Below are positions 14,553 to 27,507 of a stretch of DNA of 64,000 bases, in pieces (position 1 is the first letter of the stretch; each line of letters starts with the position of its first letter). This stretch comes from Eledone cirrhosa (Eukaryota): NCBI GenBank assembly GCA_964016885.1, contig OZ024741.1, forward strand, positions 359,910,001 to 359,974,000, read 5' to 3'. The notes below the pieces were generated by a model. That model saw nothing but the letters and a program-made list of their open reading frames with translations. It was not told where the DNA came from and did no database searches. A program made the position numbers and the translations under genes.

Positions 14553-15305
14553 TCATCATTGTTTAACGTCTATTTTCTACGCTAGCATAGTTTAGACAGG
14601 TTAGTCCTATTAGAGGCAAGTTGGGTCGGGTGACCATGTCTTGCTCATATAGGACTGTTTCTGGCTAGATTTCTCCGGCTGGATACCCTTTCTTACACCA
14701 ACCACATTTACAGTGTGTGCTGGGTGCTTTTTGTCATGACACCTACATGACCACTTTACAACGTGGGCTGGATGTTTTTGTGATACCAACATAACTTTAC
14801 AGAGTAAGGGTGGTGTGGGCAGGAGGAAGAGAGTGGTGTAGGTGTGAGAGATGTGTATAGTGGATTAAGAGGTGTGTATAGTGGATTAAATGGTGCCTAC
14901 TGGGTGTATGTTTGAGTCCGTGCGCAAGAGAAGGCGGGTCTTCTGTATTACTGTATAATGCCAAAGATCTCGATCCTGTGTCATTGTCTTAGAGAGGTGC
15001 AAGTGTGCACCTCGTCCCAGGACTTTCAGCGTCTTCCTACTCCGTAGTTTCCATCAATTTTGATTGCCCTGTACCTTTTTATACAGCTGTCGTCCTTCAT
15101 ACGCATCACATGACCATACCAACACAACCTCCTCTCTCTAGTATACTGCATCTGATCCCTCTTATGCCGAATTTCTCACTTAGTTCATTTACACTTTGCC
15201 ATTCGTGTATATTAATTACACATGCATCGGAGCATGCATGCTTCATTTCTTTCGAATCTGTACAGAATGCCTGGGTCTCACTACCATGTAACATTGCTGT
15301 TCGTA
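14553..15305 (-). mobile_element. Decayed 3' end of an RTE LINE with its 3' UTR
   Basis: MLHGSET...GIRGIRC coding remnant followed by the same UTR and tail seen at 17640-18021. Confidence 0.7.
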
Positions 15306-15459
15306 GTTAATTTGAGAAGACAGAATGGCAAGTGTTGTATAGTTTAATTAGTAACGTGATTACTCAGCGAGCAATAGATGTGGTTCAAATTTTGGCAGTG
15401 GGCCTACTGTTTTCTCTTTACTATCTTCACCTGGTTCCTATGATGTATAATATAATTAG

Positions 15460-18021
15460 TGATATAGAGGAACAGTACAATATAGAGGAACAGTGGGAAT
15501 TCCTGAAAGCTAACCTGCTGAAGGCGACAGATGAAGCCTGTGGCTAGAGCAGACCTATAGGCAGGAAGAGAGTAACGTGGTGGTGGAATAGTAAGGTGGA
15601 GGAGTCAATTAAGGCCAAAAAGCAGGCTTGGAAAGTATGGTGGGATGGGGGAAGTAGAGAAGACTATCAAGTGGCCAGGAGGGAAGCTAGGAGACAAGTG
15701 TACTTCGCAAGAAGGGAAGCAGAGGAAAGAAAGTTCAAGCATGTTCTACAACGCGAGGACCAAATACATGAGGTGTTCAGGATTGCTAGGCAATGTGTCA
15801 AGGAAAACCGTGATATTGTCGGGGAGAAGTGTGTCCTTAATGATGATGGTGTACTTGCCATCACTGACGCTGATAAGAAGGTAGCTTGGAAGTGTCACTA
15901 CGAAAGGCTACTAAATGAGGAGAATAAATGGGAGAAAGACAGTCTCCCCCACATCAACCCAATAGAGGGACCAGCAGTGTTAGTCGAAGGTAGTATAATA
16001 AGTAAGGCAATCAAAGATATGAAGACGGGTAAGGCGGCTGGGCCTTCGGAAATAGTTGCTGAAATGCTGAAAGCTTCTGGAACGGTAGGACACACCATGG
16101 TCACCCGGATAGTAAACCAAGTCATACAGAATGGGGTTGTTCCGAAGGACTGGCGTAGCAGCATCATCATTAACTGCTACAAGGGTAAAGGAGATGCCCT
16201 AGATAGGAGTAACTATAGAGGCATTAAATTAATCGACCAGGTCATGAAGGTCACAGAAAAAGTAATAGCGCAACTAATCAGAGAGAGAATTGATCTAGAT
16301 GAAATGCAGTTCGGGTTTGTGTCAAGTAAAAGTACCACAGACGCTCTTTTCATTGTACGACAACTACAGGAGAAGTACCTAGCTAAAAGTAAACCCCTAT
16401 ACTTAGCTTTTGTTGACTTGGAGAAAGCCTTCGGCAGAGTCCCCCGTTCCATTATCTGGTGGGCTCTTAGAAAACTAGGTGTTGATGAATGGCTTGTGAG
16501 AGCTATACAAGCCATGTATAAAGAAACAGTCAGCAAGGTTAGAATTAACAACGAATATAGTGAAGAGTTTAGCGTAAAAGTTGGTGTTCATCAGGGCTCC
16601 GATCTTAGCCTCCTACTATTTATTATTGCCCTTCAGGCTATAACAGTGGAGTTCAAGACCGGCTGCCCATGGGAACTCCTATACGCAGATGATCTAACGC
16701 TCATAGCTGAATCAATGGCCGAACTAGAGAAGAAATTCCAAACATGGAAGCATGGCTTAGAATCAAAAGGCCTTAAAATTAACCTGTCTAAGACTAAAGT
16801 TCTAGTTTGTAGGAAGGAAAATAGGGCGCCGGTCCCATCCAGGACATGGCCATGCTCAGTGTGTAGGAAAGGAGTAGGTAGAAACTCCATTTTATGTCCC
16901 AAATGCAAAGTAAGGGTGCATAAAAGATGCAGTGGGATCACAGGTAAGCTAACTAAGAACATAGATTTTATATGTGGCCGGTGCTCTGGTGCAATAAGTA
17001 GCAGCAAGTGCCCACAGAATACTAGCTCATTCCATTGCACAGATGGTTCTATAGAAATAGTAGACAGCTTCCGTTACCTGGATGACAAAATCAGCAGTGG
17101 GGGAGGGTGCTCTGAAAGTACAGTAGCTAGAGTCAGAACTGGATGGAAAAAGTTCAGAGAGCTTATACCACTATTAGCTGCTAAAGGGTTCTCCCTAAAT
17201 ATGAAAGGCAGGCTGTATGATGCCTGCATACGAACAGCAATGTTGCATGGCAGTGAGACCTGGGCATTGTGTGCAGAGGATATACGCAGACTGGAGAGGA
17301 ACGAAGCTTGCATGCTCCGCTGGATGTGTAATAGTAATATACGTGAATGGCAAAGCATAAACGAACTAAGGGAAAAATTAGAAATAAGAGGGATCAGATG
17401 TTGTTTACTCGAGAGAAGACTACGTTGGTATGGTCACGTGATGCGCATGAAAGACGACAGCTGTATAAAAAAGTGCAGGGCAATAAAAATAGACGGTAGC
17501 CATGGAGTAGGCAGACCCAGAAAAACCTGGGACGACTTGATAAATTCCGACCTCACACACTTACACCTCTTCAAGACAATGTCACTGGACCGAGATCTTT
17601 GGCACTACACAGTAATACAGAAGACCCGCCTTACCTAAGTACAAAGTGAAACCTACTACAGTTAGTAGGCACCTCTAACAAAATACACCCCCGTCCCACT
17701 ACCCCCACCCCATCCACACCACCCCTTTCAATGTAAAGTTATGTTGGTACCACAACATCCAGTCCGAAACAAATGAGGTCGTGTAGGTGTCACGACAAAA
17801 AAACACAGTCCACGCTGTAATGTGGCCGTGTAGGTAACACGGTAAAAACCTCCCAGTTCCACACTGTAAATGTGGTTGGTGTTAGGAAGGGCATCCAGCC
17901 GTAGAAAACCCGCCAGACAGTCCTATGCGAGCAAGACAACCACTCTTGCCTCAAGTGGGAAAACTCCCGTCCAAACCCATGCGAGCGTGGAAGATGGATG
18001 TTAAACGATGATGATGATGAT
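15460..18021 (+). mobile_element. 5'-truncated RTE-clade LINE with an open 680-aa RT/PHD ORF (15596-17638)
   Basis: RT motifs NYRGIKL, FVDLEKAF, VHQGS, LYADD; CxxC...CxxC..H..C...CxxC finger; 3' UTR ending in (GAT)n at 18007-18021. Confidence 0.93.
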
Positions 18022-18170
18022 TACTGGTATTTTATTTTATCGACCCCGTAAGGATGAAAGGCAAAGTTAACCTCGGCGGGATTTGAACTCAGAATGTCAA
18101 AGGCCGTAACTCTATGCGCCAAAGCATGGCGTCCGACCCTCTACCGATACTGCCAATCCAACGCCCATTA
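18022..18170 (-). mobile_element. tRNA-derived SINE with Nin/Deu-like middle domain
   Basis: B-box gagttcaaatccc and conserved ctttgcctttcatccttacggggtcgataaaataaa.tacc. Other copies near 10250, 23980, 26390, 27015, 28350, 35735, 35900, 55195. Confidence 0.75.
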
Positions 18171-19759
18171 AGAATAATAATGGTTTCTAATTTAAGCACA
18201 ATGCCAGCAATTTTACAAGAGAGGGGAAAATTGCTTAACTTTACTAACTGGTACTTTATTTCATCAATCTCAGAAGGTTGAAAAGCAAAGTTAAACTCAG
18301 CAGGATTCGAAATCAAATGATAAAAAACCTTAATTAAATACCATAAAGCATTTATAAAGTAATTCCCATTCTTTTTTCTTAAATTTAATTATTTTATTTT
18401 TAAAAATGCATTACTTTAAAACTGACAATAACAACACACAAACAATAATCTTTTAAAGGCCATTTTCTCTGCTAAAGCAAGAGTTAGCCTTGCAGGCCCC
18501 ATGACAAATTTCATATTGATCATGGGGTCCTTTTTGAGGCAATTTTTTACAACCAGATGCCCATCTTGGTGCCAACCCTATTCATCACCTCTTTCACACA
18601 CATGAATAAACTGTAACTATTCTAAACTGGGTGCACACAAAAATAAACTAACATGGTTAAAGATTAAACCCCCCCCCCACCCCACCAGAAAGAACGAGAA
18701 GCCCCCCTCTTTCCCAAGGATTTCAAAAATTCACCAGTTTGACAATAGACAGGTCTGATGACTATTTTGGCATGGTTTCTAAGGCTGGATGCTATTCCTA
18801 ATGCCAACTCCTTTACAGAGTGTATTGGGTGCATATATATAAGAAAAAGAATATATATATATATATATATACTGTGATTGTGTGCTAGTCTGTAATTTAA
18901 TACAGCCAAAACGGCACATAATAGGAAAATACTTTGAAAGGAAGTTGCCCCTGAAATGGGAATATAAATGGTATAAAATAAGTTTTGCGTAAATCAGAGC
19001 ACAGGCTCCCGAGATATGAGTTTTTCTGGGTACCTTTAGAGAGAGAGAGAGAAAAAAAAAAAGAAAAAAAATATATATATATATATATATATTTTTTTTA
19101 TAGAGAGAGAGAGAAGACAGAAGGAAAATGGAAGAGAGAGAAAGAGCTGATGGTGTTGTTGAATGGAATTATAACAAAAGAATTGAATACAGCATTACTG
19201 TATCTAACTCGAATTTGGTGACTGCATATTAAGTCATATGTATTATATAACTTGTGTAGTTAATATTTCCTGCTAAATAGGAAGGGTTTCTAAGTGTATA
19301 TGTGTGTGTGTGTGTATATAAAGGTCAGAAACCCACAGATATATATATACACACATATATACATATGAATGCACACACATATATATATATATATATGGGC
19401 CTTCCAATTTCATTTTACATTATATACATGCCTGTGTATATTTAAAAAAAATATTTTTAAGTGAACATGGTTTAAAAAATATATTTTTAAGGGAATGTGA
19501 CCCAACTGGTCACGTGTGGTCTAGTATATATATATAAACATAATTGTCCTCTCATAAAAATCCAATATTATACATGAACCAAACATATACCATCTATATA
19601 CCTAAACCTAATCTAACCTACCATATACATAGCACACTAAACATGAAATAAAAAAACAAACAATTATACCCTTCAGAACCATATCTAAAACACAGTCCCA
19701 TGCATAACAATAACCCAACTAATTACTGGTGCCTTATTTACTTTCTGCAGCAACCACCA

Positions 19760-20990
19760 TTCTAGGAAAATGGCTGTGCTTGATATACCAGAAAGTGGTG
19801 GCGAGAAATTCCATAAGGTGTACACAATATAAAGTATCGATGCACAAGAGATGTAGAGGGATTGCAGTAGGCTAACGGAAAAGATAGACATTATATGCGG
19901 CAATTGCTCAGGGGAGGAATGCACACACAACGCATGTGAAATAGATTCCCTTAGCTGCCAGGGGGAGCTCTCTAGAAGTTGTGGTCAGTTTTTTCCACCT
20001 AGGTGATCTAATTAGCAGTGGAGGGGGATGCACTGAAAGTGGAAAGTCTGATAGCTAGGATAAGAACAGGCTGGAAGAAGTTTAGAAATCTATTACCACT
20101 GCTAAAAACAAAATACTTTTCTCTCAGAATGAAGAGTAGACTGTATGATGCCTGTGTACGAACCACAATGTTACATGGTAGCGAAACATGGGCCTTGACT
20201 ACAGAAGACCTGTGGAGGCTAGAAAGAAATGAGTCGAATGTGCTCCAATGGATGTGCAATGTTAGTGTGCATGAGTGACATAGCATAAGCAAACTGAGGG
20301 GAAAATTTGGCATAAGAGGAATTGGTTGTAATGTGCAAGAGAGAAGACTGTGTTGGTACGGCCACAATGCAGACAAATCCCTGTGGCTGAGACCCAGTAA
20401 GACATGGGATGAAGTTGTAAGGATTGACCTTAGAAAGCCAAGCCTTACAACAGAAATGACTAAAGACTGTGAGGCTGGTGCTATGCAGTGCTGAACAAGA
20501 CTCAAACTGCAGCTTAAAATGTGACCTGACCTACCCTCCCACCTCCACTAGCACTCCTTATCAGTTATTCTCAACTCACTACTTCAACCCCACACATGCA
20601 TTCCTGGCAGTTCCCCCCACTCCCATGAAATGGTTGCTAATAGGAAGGGCTTCCAGCCATTGAGAGCTTGCCAAGCAAACAACGGGTCAGGAAAACTCTT
20701 TAGTCGTGTTATGAACACGACAACCTCCTTACTGTTGGTGATCTACACGATAAACGCACCCTGTAGAAATCTTGCCAAACAAAGGGTTGGGAGGACCCTC
20801 AGTTGTGTCAAAGTCATGAGCTCTCCTGAGCATTCGATGGAACATGAGACCGTACATAAGCAAGACATTGATCCCTGGCTTGCTTGAGAGATCAGTGGCT
20901 CCACTTCAGTATGGACGTGGTCTATATAGACCTGTCCAACCCTTGCTAACAGAGAAAGTGGACATTAAAATGACAATGATGATGATTATC
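19760..20990 (+). mobile_element. Decayed RTE 3' fragment (PHD region to tail)
   Basis: ARIRTGWKKFRNLLPLL...RLYDACVRTTMLHGSETW matches the RTEs at 10-18 kb; ends with the family tail near 20940-20990. Confidence 0.75.
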
Positions 20991-21939
20991 ATATTTCTAA
21001 TGAAAGACACTGCCTGTGATCTCCAAAGCATTTTTTAAATAATCCAGAATTTAGAAGTGTTTACTAATATAACTAACTTTCCTGTAATTTAAGATGGTGT
21101 TCCTGTAATTTAAGAAGGTTCTTGCAATAAACTGATGGAAAGGTTTTTAAATGAATATTAAACACTTTAAAATAAACAACTTATATTGTAGAATCAGGGA
21201 CAGTTTCAGACAGTTTGGTATCAAAAGGGTTAAAATGGCAGATATCTATAGCAGATATTTTGTTTGGTGTAAGCAGTATTTGTTGCGTCAGACCTTCATT
21301 TCTGTGAAAGTCACATGAAAATGAAGAGGAATATATTAAGTAGTAGCAGTACTCCCATATGTGGTTCATTACTTTTGTTAGGTAGAGTAAATATAATAAA
21401 TTTTTGTTTAATTAACCTACTTTTCTATTAGAAGGAAATTATTTCTCCAGATAAATATTTGGAATATTCATTCTAAGAATGAAAACAAAGTGGAAATTGT
21501 TTTTGATTCATTTTATCACAACTCACATGTTTTGAGAATATTCATGTGGAAACTTAACAAACATCATTAATTTTGCTAGAATTATCACTTACAAATGGTA
21601 TACAAGCATCTTCTACAAGGTCACTCAACCTGCTAGAAATAGCAGAAAATCTCTCTCAAATTACATCCTACTATCATACAGAAAGAAGGGTATACTGAAT
21701 AATATAGTCTTAGATATACAAATAGGATAGGATGGTCATGGCTGGAACACCTTTGATTATAGATTTGCTTGATTAAGGCTGACTGTAGGGGCTTACACAA
21801 CAACAACAGCAACTACAATTACTACTGTTAATGCAAATTAATGTTTTTCATCCAGGATATAACTGGTGTATAACAGTGCTGCTTTATTTCATTTACAATA
21901 CTAACTCATGGCAAGATCAGAACATTGATAAAAGGAAAA

Positions 21940-22574
21940 TTTATATATATAAAAGAGAGATGTTTATTGGTTGTTTGATTGGTTGGTTCAATCACACACA
22001 AATACATATACACACATCTAAAGAGAGAGAGACACAGAGGGAGAGACAGAAAGAGAGAGAGAGAGGGAAAAAAGAGAGAGAGAGAGTAACATCCCATGAA
22101 AGTCTAGAAACGGCTTAAACTATAGATCCTTTGATCTATAGGAAGGTTTAACAATATTGCGTTAGCTTTTATAAAGTCATTTTACAATCTTTGATTTTAC
22201 AGAACAAAGAAAAATTGATACTATTTGAAATCAATCTACACTCCAGCTTTTATCCATATACTACTTACAGTCCGTACTAATGAAACTAAACACTTCAGAA
22301 GCAATGTTATGCGGTATATTGCTGTGTTTCAGATTACGTCCTTTGGAGCTGACTATGGTTATTTCACATTTAAAATCCAAGGCCAATGCTACCATTTAAT
22401 CAATAGATTACTCCCCAAGCCTAATAAGGATGTTTTATGATTGTTTTGTTTATGTCTCGCTCACACACACATTACGGTCTCACCTCGTACCAGACAACAC
22501 ATCCAATATTCGTTTTCGCTTTTATCCATGTTCTCTTAACTATTCTCCCGGGCAAAGCCGGGTACCTCAGCTAG
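21940..22574 (+). mobile_element. Non-autonomous Helitron with an internal Rep-region remnant
   Basis: 5' a|tttatatatataaaag (TC-type start, one mismatch); 3' hairpin cccgg-gcaaag-ccggg (22547-22562) then CTAG|t (22571-22574); internal HFRSN..RY.AVFQITSFGA..FTFKIQGQCYH matches the Helitron ORF at 61216-62682. Confidence 0.8.
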
Positions 22575-22784
22575 TACACTTCTAAAAGAAAATAAACTAC
22601 AAGTGACACTAATCAAGCCTTTCATTACCATTTTTCCAATGAAATACACCACCTAAGCTTTTCAATTTATTTTGTAAATAATAAAAAAATTGAAAGCATT
22701 TAGTAAAATAGTTAAACATATTAAGCTGGCATTTAGCAGATAACTTAACAAAAATATTCTTCCATCATATTATTTTTTATTCAA

Positions 22785-22971
22785 TAGGGTGGTGGATTCG
22801 CAGTATCGGTAGAGAGTCGGACGCCATGCTTTCCAGCATAGTTACATCCCTTTACGATCTGAGTTCAAATCCCGCCGAGGTTGACTTTGCCTTTCATCCT
22901 TACGGGGTCGATAAAATAAAGTACCAGTAATGCACTGGGTATTTGCTGGCCTTGTGCCTAAAGTAGAAACA
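22785..22971 (+). mobile_element. Complete tRNA-derived SINE with 16-bp TSD, inserted in a TTAA-type MITE (~22614-23067)
   Basis: attattttttattcaa at 22769-22784 and 22972-22987; A/B boxes; host element ends aaaagggTTAA at 23067. Confidence 0.8.
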
Positions 22972-23903
22972 ATTATTTTTTATTCAAATATGAATAGTTT
23001 AAAATAAGAGGTTTGTCATTTTAGAATTGTGACAGATTTTGAGTGGTTTTGTTATCAAAAGGGTTAAAATAGTTGACTTTAGGTGCTGTCATTGCAAAAC
23101 ATGAAGTATTGATTATCAGTGATTGTGAAGCCTAGCAACTGCAGCAATCTTGAGAGTTTAATTATGTTATTAATGACTAGGAAAGATAAAATGCACTCAG
23201 CCCACTCTGATATGTGGTAATGTTGGTAGCATGATAACAATTTCCCAGCTCGTTCTGTAATGTGGTAATGTTGGTGCCATGATAAAATGTACCCAGTAGA
23301 CTCTGTAAAATGTTGTATGTGTGGGGGTCGATGACTGGGCGGTAGCCAGCTGTCCAACAATATTCAAAGGTCCCAAAATTATTATTTTTTGATTTCCTTA
23401 AATACTCCACAATGGCATCAAAGAAATTTTCAGCCAGGATCCCCATGCAAAGTTAATCTGCCTTCCCTCTCCATCGGGAGAATGTTTCATATGTGTGGTA
23501 ATTGTATAACATCAAACAGGCTGGTTTTAACAGACATGCCCCTACCATTTCCTTTTGGATCAAACAACTAGTGCTCCGGCACATTCATCTTCTCAGGTAA
23601 GCTAGCATCAACAGAAATACCTCATCATCTCCTCCAAAACCTAACATCTTCTCAGGTAAGCTGGCATCAATAGACACACCTACATCATCTCCTCCAAAAC
23701 CCATTATCTTGAACACCTATTTTGTCAACAGTTGTGTCTATATCCTTTCCTTTGAACCAATCAGTGACTTAGACAAGATGTTATGTTATGTATGTTTGAA
23801 TCTCCTGGTGGAATCATAGGGGTGCTGTAGTGATATACAGCATTTCTGGGCATTTAAAACCTGGCAGAGTCCATCCCTCACCATACCAGATTTCTTCTTC
23901 TTT

Positions 23904-23976
<73 letters not shown>

Positions 23977-24609
23977 CAACCCCGGTAGTGGACTGGTATT
24001 TTATTTATCGACCTTGAAAGGCGAAGTTGACCTCGGCAGGATTTCAACTCAGTGTGCAGAAAGCTGGAACGAACACCGCGAAGCATCCTGTCCAATGTTC
24101 TAATGGTTTTGCCAATTTGCCTTATAGACCAGATATTACATTATCAAATATTGCCTAACAACAAGTCACCAGTCAGTTGTAATTGAATATGACATGGTGT
24201 CATATTCAATTACAGTTTCTTTTTTAAAATCAATTAGTTCAATAATAAAGTAACTCCTTCAATGATGCATCTCTCTTTCATGGGACTGTAGACCCAATTA
24301 ACTAGAGTAACCATACTTGTAGATACTGCAGAACACAGTTGGCAGAGCCAGTGTAGTAGATCTTACTGTATCTCTTTTTGTCTTTCCTTCTTGTTTTGTC
24401 CCATTCAATTCTGTAACTTTTACTCTTTTCTTCCCCATTCTTCACAGTCAGTTGATTCCTTCTCCTATGAAGTTGCAATCAGGTTACCCACTTTTATTGA
24501 GATTTAATGATGTGCTTCACAAATATCGATTTCTTATATAGGCACATGGCTTCACATTTGGAAGAAAGGCACAGTCAATTTTAGTTACCCTACTATTTGA
24601 CAGTCAATC

Positions 24610-25465
24610 AACCACACTTCCCATGTAGATTCCACCTCACAGGTGGGCTCTCCACCAACTGTGACTGGTCTGTTGGCAGTGGTGTTAATCTTCATCAGCT
24701 CAGTTTTCTTCTTGTTTATTTTGAGTCCTGTTCCGGCTGATGTAGTCTCCAAGCATGAGCTCTTGTCCTGTATCTGGTTGTAACTGTGTGACAAGAATGC
24801 CAGGTCATCAGCAAAATTGAAGTCATCCAGTTGTGTCCAGGGCATCCACTGTATACCATTATTCCTATCTAGTGTAGTAGTTTTCATTATCCAGTCAATG
24901 ATTAGGAGGAAGAGGAATAGTGACAGCAAGCTCTTATGACAAACTCCGGGCTTCACCTCGAGACTCTCTGACAGTTGGCTGGAGTGGGTGATGTTACAGC
25001 TCATGTCTTGGTAATGTGAAGATGGTACTGCTGTATGGATGTGAAACTTGGAGGACAACAAAGAAGATGCAGCAGAAGATCCAGACATTCTTCAACACCT
25101 GTCTGAGGCGCATCTACAACATCAAATGGCCAAAGAAGATCAGAAATGAAGATCTGTGGGAGCAAGTGGGATAGGAACCAATGGCAAAGCAGATTCTGTG
25201 GAGTAAGTGGAGCTGGATTGGACATTCGCTCAGGAAACCAGAATCCAACACCACATGCCAAGCTCTGACCTGGAACCTGCAGGGTAAGAGGAAGAGAGGC
25301 CAGACATGCAGCAGCTGGAGGCATGACACTGAGGCTGAATTAAGAAAACTGGAAGCCAACAGGAGTGGAGTGGCAGAACAGTCCAGGATCATGTACGATG
25401 GTGGAGGGTCATCAATGGCCTATGCTCCACAGAGAGTGATGGGGCTAAATGACTGACTAACTGAT
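24610..25465. mobile_element. 5'-inverted RTE LINE fragment
   Basis: RT domains (LFLFLLIIDWIM..DFNFADDL..GLKINKKKTE) on minus 24610-25010; C-terminus (VLLYGCETW...WIGHSLRK..GKRKRGQ) on plus 25012-25456; short (TGAC)-like tail. Confidence 0.75.
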
Positions 25466-27291
25466 AGGTACTTTACTTTATTAACCACAAGAGGATGAAA
25501 GGCAAAGTTGAATTTGAACTCAAAACATAAATGGTTGTAACTAAATACTACACCACATTTTATCCATTGCTTTAACAATTTAATTCTGCCAAGAGTTAAA
25601 AGAAAGCCTTGCAGCATTAGTTTCGGCTTTTTATGTTCTAAGTTTCATCTTTTCAGAGTCAGTAAAATGTAGTATCAATCAGGTATTGGGGTGCAGACCT
25701 CTCTTTTGTTTCTTGGGTGTTCTGCTAGGTCAAGTGTAGAAGGGTGGAGAAGGAGGACGTATATGGTATGTATTAAATTTTAATATCGTGTACCATATGA
25801 AACTGCATAAGTAAAACATTCTCGAAACGTAAAAAAGAAATGGCACTATGGCTGAATCAGATTGAAAATTAAAGCCTTTACTCCAATACTGTAAATTTTA
25901 ACAAGTTTCTGTTTAGTAGTGAAGATACTATACACATTTATGAAGACCCGACTTCCCACGGGTACAAGCTGAAGCTGAAGCATATTGACAATATGCCCCC
26001 CCACTGCAAAGTGGTCATGGAGGTGCCACAGCAAAAAAGCACCCAGTCCACACTGTAAAGTGGTCGTGTAGGCATCACGGAAAAAAAGCACCCACCACTC
26101 ACTGTAAATGAGGTTGGTGTTAGGAAGGGCATCCAGCTGTAGAAATCAAGCCAGAATCAGTTCCCGTATGAGCAAGACAAGGTCAGCCGACTGGACATTG
26201 CCCACAACAGGACAACCCGTCTAACTCATGCTAGCGTGGAAGGATGGACGTAAAATGGTGATGATGATGATTTTAATTAACAATCTCAATTTTTAGATGT
26301 TTTCTGCTAAATCAATGTAGAATGTTAAGAGTTAAGGTGGTGTTGTTTTGTGAAATTATATATTGTTTGGTTGTTCATTGTTTAGGCAGTGTTAACTTTG
26401 CCTTTCATCCTTACGGGGTTGATAAAATAAAGTACCAGTAATTCACTGGTGTAATTGCTGGCCTTGTGCCAAACGTAGAAACAATTATTTAGGCAGTGTG
26501 GGACTGTATTAGTTCTATCTATTTTTTGTGTGCTTATATTTGTGTGACACTAGCAGGTGTGTATGTAGTTGTTTATTTAACATCAGATTTTCTGATTGAG
26601 TTAACCTATGAAAGGCGTTCTAGCAGTGACCATCCCATCTTTTTGTTCGAGCATAGTGCACTCTGGGACTACATTATCCTATGTGTCTATTTTTTCAGAA
26701 CACATTGGTAAGATATAGTTTGAAACGGATTTGGTTGTTATTTTTAGCAGATTGAATGACCTTGTAGAAGCTTTTTATTGGCAATGAATTGTATGGGAGT
26801 ATCAGGTGTGTAACAACATCACCATATCCTGGTTAGTCACTTATCTCCAGGAAAGGACATGTTGACTCAGCATTTTAACAATAACAATTAAAGAAAGACA
26901 GTAAACACATTTGTGCAGGCTTTTACAAAATGTACCAAGAGGTTGAAGAGAGAGGAAGAGGAGGAAATGGATAAAACATATGCACAGACATGTGTGTGTG
27001 CATAGTTGCAAATAGGTGGCGAACTGGCAGCGTTGTCAGAACATTGGATAAAATGATTTGCAGTATTTGTTCTGGCTCACTGTGCTCTGAGTTTAAATCC
27101 TGCCAAGGTCAACTTTACCTTTCTTCCTTTCAGGACTTGATAAAAAAAATACCAGTCCGATATTGGGGTCAATTCTTCCCTTATCTCTTTCTCTCTCTCT
27201 TTTACTTCTTCTCTACCACTCCCCCTCCTTCTCTTACTCTGAAAGAAATTGCCTATGTTCAGACCTAAAGAAGAGATGGGCTCTGCCAAGT

Positions 27292-27507
27292 TTAACCCTT
27301 TAGCATTCACATTACTCTATATTTACTATTATATTTTCATGGTAAAAGCCTTAACTCACATAATATTGAATCTATGAGACTTCAATATTATTTATTTTAA
27401 GAACAGTACCATAACATAAATGTGAGCAGCCAGTTATGATTGATTTGAACAGAAAGGGGTGAGAAAATTCTGGCTGGATACAGCCGGTTTAAATGCTAAA
27501 GGGTTAA
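27292..27507. mobile_element. piggyBac-like MITE with TTAA TSD
   Basis: TTAA|ccctttagcatt ... aatgctaaaggg|TTAA terminal inverted repeats; related copy ends at 33710-33725. Confidence 0.8.

Noticed and set aside
14553-18021. Divergent RTE pair as one inverted insertion
   Set aside because: Both carry the same 3' region and tail but differ greatly in decay, so two separate insertions are more likely.
23177-23710. Coding-like segment (89-aa ORF) and ~60-bp tandem duplication
   Set aside because: No motif I recognise; probably a decayed transposon fragment.
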